Shown here: in pieces, positions 25,384-32,000 of the stretch
Layout of the letters: each line of letters starts with the position of its first letter
How positions within the stretch are numbered: position 1 is the stretch's first letter
From: a virus
Length of the DNA: 32,000 nt
IMG/VR virus record: IMGVR_UViG_3300045988_182454
Span: 1 to 32,000 of that record
Strand: one strand, 5' to 3'
Position numbers and translations under genes: made by a program
The notes under the pieces: model-generated
The model's database searches: none
What the model saw: the letters and a program-made list of their open reading frames with translations, nothing else
What the model was told of the DNA's origin: nothing

Positions 25384-26549
25384 CCGGAGAAGCCAAGCTG
25401 AACCGCGATAAGGCAATGCTGAACGATTATATCGCCGGTATGCACATCGCGGAATTGGCCGAGAAATACGGTATCGGCTGCACGAATGTTAAGAAATCTC
25501 TTGAAGTGTTAGAGGGTTTTGATGCTGTGCGCCGCAATGACCGCAAAAGCCCGAATCGGAAACCCAACAATCAGAAACGATTGTCGAAAGCCGACATGGA
25601 GCAGCGGAATATTGAGATTGCGCAAGACTACAAAAACGGGGCCTGGACCTTTGAAATCGCTGAGAAATACAATCTCTCTGGACAACAGGTCTATCATATC
25701 CTGCGCAGAAGCCCTGATTATACCCCGCACAAAGAGAATATCGGGTCAGCTGTACAGTTCAAGAAACGCAAACGCAATGCTGAAATCGTTGCGGATGTCA
25801 GGGCAAATCCGTACATGACTGTCGGAGAAATCATGGACAAGTATGGGTTATCGGAATCCACCACCTATCAGGTATTTCGAGAAGCAGGGCATCCGATTTC
25901 TGGTGGTCTTGTCCGTTTCGGTCCTGAACCGCCCATGAACATCCCGGAATTCAAGCACAGCCCGAAAGTATTGGGGCTACGGCGTGAAGTTTTGGAAAAC
26001 ACCAAGACCCCGGAGGAAATCGAAGCGCGGAACAACGATATCCTAAAAGACTACAAAGCGGGTGTCAAGGTAGAGAATATCGCAGTACGGTACAATGTCA
26101 CGCCGCGATTCATTGCGGGGCTTATCCAGAAATACCGGGCACATCATCCCCTCTACCGCAAGAACCTGCGCGGCAACGCTAAAATGAAGAAGAAGCTGCC
26201 GGAAGAAGTCTGCGAGGGGATTGCGGTAGAATACCAGAACGGGAAAAGCGTCTCCGACATTGCTAAAGACCATAAGATTGCCGTGGGTCAGACCTATAAG
26301 ATTCTGCATGACTACGGAAAGCTTTCTGAATCACTGGCAGAAGCCGAAACCCGTAAAGCCGCGCAAAGCCGTTCTCCTATCACGGATAATGTAAAAGCCC
26401 GAAACCGGGAATTTGCGGAATTTGCACGGATGAATACCGGCAAAAATCTGCGTGACCTTGCGGATATATATGGTATCTCCTACAGCACAGCTGTAAATAT
26501 CGCAAAGTCCGAAAACATCCATAAACGGGCAGGGGTGGTTGTACCGTGA
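25365..26549 (+). CDS. Tandem-HTH protein (6 HTH-like repeats)
   Basis: EQRNIEIAQDYKNGAWTFEIAEKYNLSGQQVYHILRR and five similar blocks; start overlaps the AAA+ gene. Confidence 0.7.
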   Translation: MHRKSLTGEAKLNRDKAMLNDYIAGMHIAELAEKYGIGCTNVKKSLEVLEGFDAVRRNDRKSPNRKPNNQKRLSKADMEQRNIEIAQDYKNGAWTFEIAEKYNLSGQQVYHILRRSPDYTPHKENIGSAVQFKKRKRNAEIVADVRANPYMTVGEIMDKYGLSESTTYQVFREAGHPISGGLVRFGPEPPMNIPEFKHSPKVLGLRREVLENTKTPEEIEARNNDILKDYKAGVKVENIAVRYNVTPRFIAGLIQKYRAHHPLYRKNLRGNAKMKKKLPEEVCEGIAVEYQNGKSVSDIAKDHKIAVGQTYKILHDYGKLSESLAEAETRKAAQSRSPITDNVKARNREFAEFARMNTGKNLRDLADIYGISYSTAVNIAKSENIHKRAGVVVP

Positions 26550-27283
26550 GAGATTTCGAGTGGCGGTATCGCAGGCATCGTGGCACGGTAGCAGAGGAAT
26601 GTCCCCGCGTTGCTGCTATGTGGCATCCGACAGCCAATTCTGTATCGCCGCAGGAAGTCACCTGCGGCAGCAATCGTAAAATCGCTCTTATCTGCCCGAA
26701 ATGCGGATACGGAAAGAACGGAGAATGGCGTCCCTCTATCGCCGGTGCCTGTCGAACAGGCGGCGGATGCCCGGCGTGTTCCGGAAAAGTCCTTGTCGAA
26801 GGTGTCAATGATGTAGCTACCGTACATCCCGAAATCGCTGCACAGTGGCATCCGACACTTAATGAGTTCCCGCCCACGCGAGTGACTTCCGGAAGCGCAA
26901 AGCATGTATACCTTGTCTGCAAGGATTGCGGGTACGGCGCAAACGGAGAATGGCATCCGATGATTGCTTTTGCCTGCGGGTCCGGGGGAGTACATACCGG
27001 ATGTCCCGAATGCGCCAGAAACTCACTGAGAAAGGCCATGAGAGCCCACTACGCCAAAACAGCAAGGAAACCTGTAGTATCAGTTGCATGCCCTCAAATC
27101 GCCGCTTTGTGGCATCCTGAAAACGAATTCGGCCCCGACATGTATACGACCGGCAGCTGCAAAAATATCCCGCTCGTATGCACCGCATGCGGGTACGGCA
27201 AAGACAAAGACTGGACGCCTTCGATTGCTGACGTTTGCCGGAAAGGCGCAAAGTGCCCGTTTTGCGGTAACATCGTGAGGTAA
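26546..27283 (+). CDS. Treble-clef/zinc-ribbon repeat protein (three PF14311/DUF4379-like repeats)
   Basis: Repeats VAAMWHPTANS...CPKCGYGKNGEWRPSI...GGGCPAC; IAAQWHPTLNE...CKDCGYGANGEW...GCPEC; IAALWHPENE...CTACGYGKDKDW...CPFC. Confidence 0.75.
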   Translation: MRDFEWRYRRHRGTVAEECPRVAAMWHPTANSVSPQEVTCGSNRKIALICPKCGYGKNGEWRPSIAGACRTGGGCPACSGKVLVEGVNDVATVHPEIAAQWHPTLNEFPPTRVTSGSAKHVYLVCKDCGYGANGEWHPMIAFACGSGGVHTGCPECARNSLRKAMRAHYAKTARKPVVSVACPQIAALWHPENEFGPDMYTTGSCKNIPLVCTACGYGKDKDWTPSIADVCRKGAKCPFCGNIVR

Positions 27284-27288
27284 TACCC

Positions 27289-27990
27289 TTGTACAGACAG
27301 AAAAACAAGACTCCCTATAACATGGCGGGTCAGATGAAGGTAGGTCTGATTGGTGAATCTGTCACCATGCACTATCTTGACTACTATTGTGAAAAGCACA
27401 AGGACAGGATTGCAGGATTTTCGGATGTACGGGATGACAAGAAATATCAGGAAGACGACATCGACTTCATTGTATACAGAAAAGACGGTTCTTCATTCAC
27501 GGTTGAAGCAAAGGCTGACACCTACAAAACCGGGAATGTCTTCCTCGAAACAGCGGTGAATAGTTTCGCTATCGGAGAAGATGACAAGCTGCTGCGATTT
27601 GGAAAATACCAAAAAGCGATAGCCAAGCACTCGAAGGGATGGCTGTATAAGGAAGCTGACTATATCTTTTATTATTTCACCGAGACCAGGCAAATATATG
27701 TCTTTGAGCGCATGGCGGCAATGCACTATCTCAATTTCGCTCTGTGCTCGGATACGGTGTTCGTCCACGATGAACGAAGACCTTTCGGGAGGGCTGCGGA
27801 AAACAAAGAGCAGCGAAGTAACTACATGCAATACTACGGTACAGGCTTTTGCGTGAACGCGGAACAGATGCGCCGTTCTGATGTCATCGACCACCGGATG
27901 CATCGCGTAGGCAACAAGAGTCTGCGATTTTCGGAGCGCATCGAGCCCGGGAAAGTGTTTGAACATTTTGTAAATCATACTTGTATTTGA
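27289..27990 (+). CDS. Putative PD-(D/E)XK-type endonuclease
   Basis: GLIGESVTMHYLDYY, QEDDIDFIVYRKDGSSFTVEAKADTYKTGNVFLE. Confidence 0.65.
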   Translation: MYRQKNKTPYNMAGQMKVGLIGESVTMHYLDYYCEKHKDRIAGFSDVRDDKKYQEDDIDFIVYRKDGSSFTVEAKADTYKTGNVFLETAVNSFAIGEDDKLLRFGKYQKAIAKHSKGWLYKEADYIFYYFTETRQIYVFERMAAMHYLNFALCSDTVFVHDERRPFGRAAENKEQRSNYMQYYGTGFCVNAEQMRRSDVIDHRMHRVGNKSLRFSERIEPGKVFEHFVNHTCI

Positions 27991-28019
27991 TACACTTTCG
28001 CGCCAAAATATGGTATAAT
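27961..28019 (+). promoter_or_regulatory. Extended -10 promoter with operator-like palindrome
   Basis: TTGTA-TTTGA-TACAC upstream; TGGTATAATG; aligned to 31196-31254. Confidence 0.65.
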
Positions 28020-28102
28020 GCAAGTACAGATACAGAAAGCACTATATGTTGTACTTATGTACAACATTTTCCGTTCTGGACACTGTATGTGGCGCTTTTG
28101 CG

Positions 28103-28130
28103 TTGACAAAATATGCGAATTGCAGATAAT
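28103..28130 (+). promoter_or_regulatory. TGCGAA-spacer promoter ahead of the tRNA array
   Basis: TTGACA-AAATATGCGAATTGCA(16)-GATAAT. Confidence 0.75.
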
Positions 28131-28182
28131 TGGTAGTAGGGTAATTTACCTATTTTTCGGGAGAGTTACTTCTCCCGAATAT

Positions 28183-28255
28183 GCTTCTGTAGCTCAGATG
28201 GCAGAGCAGCTGTTTTGTAAGCAGCAGGTTGCAGGTTCGAATCCTGTCGGAAGCT
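28183..28255 (+). tRNA. tRNA-Thr(UGU)
   Basis: GCTTCTG/CGGAAGC acceptor; anticodon loop TTTGTAA; TTCGAAT T-loop; CCA not encoded. Confidence 0.9.
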
Positions 28256-28263
28256 GATGCCGG

Positions 28264-28331
28264 GAAGATGACCTCCACGCGGTCGGCATCGGGCAACAGG
28301 CTTAACCTCCCTTAGCTTGGCAAACATCTTC
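28264..28331 (+). ncRNA. Array structured element, copy a
   Basis: GAAGATG/CATCTTC outer helix; ACCTCCACGCGG...CGGGCAAC core. Confidence 0.5.
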
Positions 28332-28479
28332 GCAGATAACATAAAACTCTTAGAAGATACCAGATATGCTCCGAAACAACATCATAGTTTTACACACACT
28401 TACATACACATCTGCTTGCAGCTGGTTGTAGAGCGGCGGCAAGCATCGTATCTGGTATCCCATAAGAGTTGCCGCTCAT

Positions 28480-28545
28480 AAAGACAGCCTCCTCGCGGCG
28501 AGCGGCGGTAACACGGGTATTGAGCTCCCCGTGGCAAATGTCTTT
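28480..28545 (+). ncRNA. Array structured element, copy b
   Basis: AAAGACA/TGTCTTT outer helix; GCCTCCTCGCGG...GGCGGTAAC core; CACGGG/CCCGTG inner hairpin. Confidence 0.55.
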
Positions 28546-28551
28546 TCTCTT

Positions 28552-28624
28552 GGGTCGTTAGCTCAGTCGGCAGAGCATCGGACTGTTAATCCGAGCGTCG
28601 CTGGTTCGAACCCAGTACGACCCG
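28552..28624 (+). tRNA. tRNA-Asn(GUU)
   Basis: GGGTCGT/ACGACCC acceptor; GACTGTTAATC; CCA encoded. Confidence 0.95.
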
Positions 28625-28628
28625 CCAC

Positions 28629-28698
28629 GCGGAGTATAGCAAAGGTAGCTTACCAGCCCCATACGCTGGCGGTTGCAGGTTCGAGTCCTGTCTCCGCA
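28629..28698 (+). tRNA. tRNA with CAU anticodon (Met or Ile2)
   Basis: GCGGAG/CTCCGC, CCAGC-CCCATAC-GCTGG, GGTTCGAGTCC; position 7 is a T/T mismatch. Confidence 0.8.
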
Positions 28699-28769
28699 CC
28701 CATCGTCCATGCCATGACGTTAAACCGGCTATTCATGTCAATCGGTCGGACGTAAAATGACCGAAATAT

Positions 28770-28857
28770 TCTGGTATCGAATACGAAGGTTGCAATGCAC
28801 CATGGTTAATTCGCCCGCAGCGCACGGGAAAAGGTGGTTCAACTCCACCTGCCAGAG
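28770..28857 (+). other. tRNA-like/pseudo-tRNA with 3' CCA
   Basis: TCTGGTA/TGCCAGA acceptor, GGTGG-TTCAACT-CCACC T-arm, discriminator G + CCA; no canonical anticodon arm found. Confidence 0.5.
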
Positions 28858-29066
28858 CCATGACCTGTTGGAAGCGATTCTAGCAGGTCAAATAAAACAG
28901 GGGGGCACTCCGATGCAGTAATTACCGCGTCCGAATGTCAAAATCAAGGAAAGGGTCACACCGATGTACTGATTTGCCTGATGGCGGGCAGCTCCCGCCT
29001 TAAAACACCATGATAGGTAGCGCCTATCTGAGTGCGTCCATACCTCGGCGCACTCAGCCACCCGAT

Positions 29067-29127
29067 GGGACAGCCTCCACGCGGCGGGTGGTGGACAGCG
29101 ACTATGATTGCCGCTGACGAATGTCCT
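29067..29127 (+). ncRNA. Array structured element, copy c
   Basis: GGGACA/TGTCCT outer helix; GCCTCCACGCGG core; CAGCG/CGCTG inner hairpin. Confidence 0.55.
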
Positions 29128-29572
29128 TTCAGGAACCGCATTGCATTCCCTGTGCAAGCGGTATCCTAAACGGTCAGGAAGCCGTGTGGGCGAGTGCTTC
29201 CTCTTGTGCTTCGGCGCAGAAACAACAAATCTCGTCCCGCTAAGCATGCATCGTACGAGCATCCCCGTTAAGCCGGGGCGCAGCCAGACGCGACATAGCC
29301 GAAAAAGGCGAGACTGCTGCGCGGCATCTGGTAAGTTTGCCGCAGTCTTACACAGCCCATAGCATTCCGTTGACCCGAATTGACAGGGTAGTAACGGCAG
29401 GGCTTGAATTGAAGTTGACCAGTGTCCAAAATGCTTTTCCGGATTCTTTCGTATCGTCCACGCAGAGATTCGCGGAATCGCTAAGAGACATAAAGATGAT
29501 GTTTCGGGGATGACGACCTACTAAACGGACATCATGGCGGGGCTAAGAGAGGGTTCACCCGCTTTTTCTCAT

Positions 29573-29644
29573 GCAGGCATCGTATAGGGGTTAATACACC
29601 AGCCTTCCAAGCTGGTCACGCGGGTTCGAATCCCGCTGCCCGCT
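29573..29644 (+). tRNA. tRNA-Gly(UCC)
   Basis: CCAGC-CTTCCAA-GCTGG; GCGGG-TTCGAAT-CCCGC; CCA encoded. Confidence 0.9.
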
Positions 29645-29920
29645 CCACCGTCGCCGTCACCGTACGCCACGACATTAAATTTGGCGAGCATGGTCCACTT
29701 GTGGTCCGCTGTCGAATGCCAACGGACAGCCAAAAAATCAATCGGCAAACAGGTGCTGCACCTGAAGGTATCCGAAAGTCTCGGCATCAGTCGCGAATGG
29801 AGCTGAAAAACATCGGAGAGGATACAGCGCAGAATCCTCCGGGGTTGCTACCGGATGGTGCTGGACGCGAGGTTGGCTTCCTCGCTGAGGGGTGATAACC
29901 AGCATAAAACACCCTACCGT

Positions 29921-29993
29921 GCTTGGTTAGCTCAGTTGGTAGAGCAGCGCATTCGTAACGCGCAGGTCGGCAGTTCGAGTCTGCCATCAAGCT
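29921..29993 (+). tRNA. tRNA-Thr(CGU)
   Basis: GCTTGGT/ATCAAGC; anticodon loop TTCGTAA; CCA encoded. Confidence 0.92.
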
Positions 29994-30197
29994 CCACGGT
30001 CCGATTGGGTGACGCGCTCTTTGAGAATCCGCCCAAGAAGCTGTCAGCGGGGGCATGCACTTGCTGACGGTTGGCTAAGTCCTTACGGAAGTCGTCGTAG
30101 CCGGAACCGAACACGAATGGGCAACGTAAAGCCCCGCACGGCAGAGCGTTATCTGCTTTAGCGCATGACAACTCTAAGTAGGAAGGAGATGATTCCG

Positions 30198-30581
30198 ATG
30201 GAGCAGGCAATTATCAACGTCGAAGGCACATCAACGATTGAAACCGCAGCGGCGGCTAAGAAGTTGATTGAGACCTTCGGAAGTCAGAACATCCGTGCTC
30301 TCTCGGTCAAGCGCGTGGACGAGAACAGTAACGAAGTCGTTGTTGAACTCGATTTTGTACCGGGTCTGGCACCGCATCTGCACGGCTTCGCTTTGCAAGT
30401 CAATGGATTGACTGCGGGTTACGACGGCACCGGCCCCTCGAACCTGTACGAAGTACTGCAAGCAGCTGGCGTCGATGAGCGCCTTCTGACGCGTGAGGAT
30501 ATCACGCAGAAGAGCGACAAGACCATTCCGCTGCATCTGGAGCGCGAGGTCAAACAGTACGGCGAACTTCATTACGCGTAA
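30198..30581 (+). CDS. Hypothetical protein embedded in the tRNA array
   Basis: GGAAGGAG RBS before ATG 30198; no frame interruption. Confidence 0.65.
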   Translation: MEQAIINVEGTSTIETAAAAKKLIETFGSQNIRALSVKRVDENSNEVVVELDFVPGLAPHLHGFALQVNGLTAGYDGTGPSNLYEVLQAAGVDERLLTREDITQKSDKTIPLHLEREVKQYGELHYA

Positions 30582-30608
30582 TTACTGGCGGGTCTTTCCC
30601 GCCATCAT

Positions 30609-30681
30609 GGGGGCATAGCTCAGTTGGGAGAGCACCTGCTTTGCAAGCAGGGGGTCGAGGGTTCGAATCCCTTTGCTTCCA
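30609..30681 (+). tRNA. tRNA-Ala(UGC)
   Basis: CCTGC-TTTGCAA-GCAGG; GAGGG-TTCGAAT-CCCTT; CCA encoded. Confidence 0.93.
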
Positions 30682-30925
30682 CCACCAGACACATCTCCAT
30701 CTTGGAAATCGTCTCTGGGCGTGCATTGTACTGTTACACAAGCGCAGTACGGTCATTTATTTGGTGCGGTACTCCTTAACTACACCACGAAGACGATAAT
30801 CCTGCCCGCACCGCCCCCACCTGAGGGTCATTTACACAGGGTTACGTCAAGCCGAAAACATCATGCCGAGTGGCGAAAACGGCTGCGGCATGGGCGAGAC
30901 AAATTCGTCTCGTCAGCCATCTTTT

Positions 30926-30984
30926 GAGAGCGACCTCCACGCGGTAGATGGCGGGCAACGCAGATTTCTGCGGCTAACACTCTC
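30926..30984 (+). ncRNA. Array structured element, copy d
   Basis: GAGAG/CTCTC outer helix; ACCTCCACGCGG...GGCGGGCAAC core; CGCAG/CTGCG inner hairpin. Confidence 0.55.
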
Positions 30985-30992
30985 TGATTCTT

Positions 30993-31077
30993 GGATAGGT
31001 GTCCGAGTGGTTTATGGAACTGGTCTTGAAAACCAGAGATGCATCCGCGTCCGTGGGTTCGAATCCTACCCTATCCG
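30993..31077 (+). tRNA. tRNA-Ser(UGA)
   Basis: GGATAGG/CCTATCC; CTGGT-CTTGAAA-ACCAG; long variable arm; CCA encoded. Confidence 0.95.
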
Positions 31078-31195
31078 CCATCAGCAGTCGGATACACTCT
31101 GTACCCGGCTGCTTTTTACATATTTGCGCTTCTTTTCATCGTACCAGAATCGTTTTTTCCCCGATAGGAGCCTCTCGGATTCTGTTGCGATTTGT

Positions 31196-31254
31196 GAACA
31201 TTACGTTAATCATGGTTGTACTCAGTACACTTTCAAGGAAAAATGTGGTATAAT
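31196..31254 (+). promoter_or_regulatory. Extended -10 promoter with operator-like palindrome
   Basis: TTGTA-CTCAG-TACAC; TGGTATAATGCA; same spacing as 27961-28019. Confidence 0.65.
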
Positions 31255-31362
31255 GCATATAGAGCGACAGGGAAAACGAAATATCAGAAGTCCTCCGCTC
31301 TTCACATCGTTTCGTTGATGTGGGGACTCACCCCACACAGTAAAAAGGAGAAGTAAAATCAT

Positions 31363-32000
31363 GCGCAAAAAGTCTATGATGAAGAATGTGCTTGCAGTTG
31401 CCATGGCTGCTACAGTCGCAATCTCTGTTACCGGATGTAAGGGCAAGAAGAATCAGGATGCTGCCTCTTCTGCTCCTTCCACCAGCCTGAGCGATTCCGC
31501 AAGCACCGCACAGTCCGAAACCCCCGACACTGCCGAGAAGGAAGATACCAGCGCGGCGGCGTCCGAGAGCAAGGCTGAGAGTGAAGCCGAGAGCAAGCCC
31601 GATTCCAATGCTGCCAACACCGAGAACAAGACCGCTGAGTCTGAGGTCGCTTCCGACAAGGCTGAGAAGCCCGCTGCCAGCCAGAACACGAACCCCGACA
31701 ATGTTTCTACTAAGGACGGTCCCGCCAAGGCTCCCGTCTACAACACCCATAAAACCACCACCGGCACCAAGACTCCTGCCCAGAAGCCTGCTGCCGTGAC
31801 TCCCGCTGCCGCTCCTTCCGAGAAGAAGTCTCAGCCCGTCTACACCTTCACCGTACGCCATCATGACGCCACCTGCACCACGCAGGGCTATGATGAGCAT
31901 ATCTGCAACGAGTGGGGCGGTATGAACTACAACGACAACTATGTTGCCGCCAAGGGTCATAGCTGGGATAACGGCACCGTGACGAAAGCTGCCACCTACA
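31363..32000 (+). CDS. Lipoprotein with Ala/Ser/Glu-rich linker, continues beyond the window; not in the ORF track
   Basis: AAAAAGGAG RBS; MRKKSMMKNVLAVAMAATVAISVTGCKGKKNQ...; no stop to 32000. Confidence 0.85.

Noticed and set aside
28888-29262. Minus-strand ORF in the tRNA array
   Set aside because: No RBS or recognisable domain, and it overlaps structured noncoding elements
28183-31077. CRISPR array or retron-like locus in the repeated noncoding region
   Set aside because: No regular direct repeats with unique spacers, no cas or reverse transcriptase gene; repeats are few, imperfect and irregularly spaced

Overview
32 kb from a Firmicutes-type (probably Oscillospiraceae/Clostridia) accessory replicon, either a large phage or a megaplasmid. 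This placement is inferred from gene style only. No structural phage genes, rRNA or CRISPR array were seen. Almost all genes are on the + strand. Recognisable content: macro-domain protein, MazG-like protein, UvrD/SF1 helicase, HAD phosphatase, IscB with upstream omega/HEARO-type RNA, lipoprotein-type sortase, ComEC-like MBL lipoprotein, radical SAM protein, possible ATP-grasp/D123-like protein, TnpB in an IS605-type element without TnpA, dCMP deaminase, a cluster of tandem-HTH proteins with an AAA+ ATPase, a treble-clef repeat protein and a PD-(D/E)XK-like protein, and a spread-out tRNA array (Thr-UGU, Asn, Met/Ile-CAU, Gly, Thr-CGU, Ala, Ser). Most unusual signals: (1) at least nine promoter-like sites with an invariant 16-bp spacer containing TGCGAA; (2) a recurring structured 5' leader (ATTGTACGATAGATA...) ending in an intrinsic terminator just before the RBS; (3) a ~60-68 nt structured element repeated four times in the tRNA array, with an outer helix that changes sequence but keeps pairing; (4) a TnpB insertion whose in-silico excision restores an in-frame ORF end; (5) the tandem-HTH / AAA+ / zinc-repeat / nuclease gene cluster.
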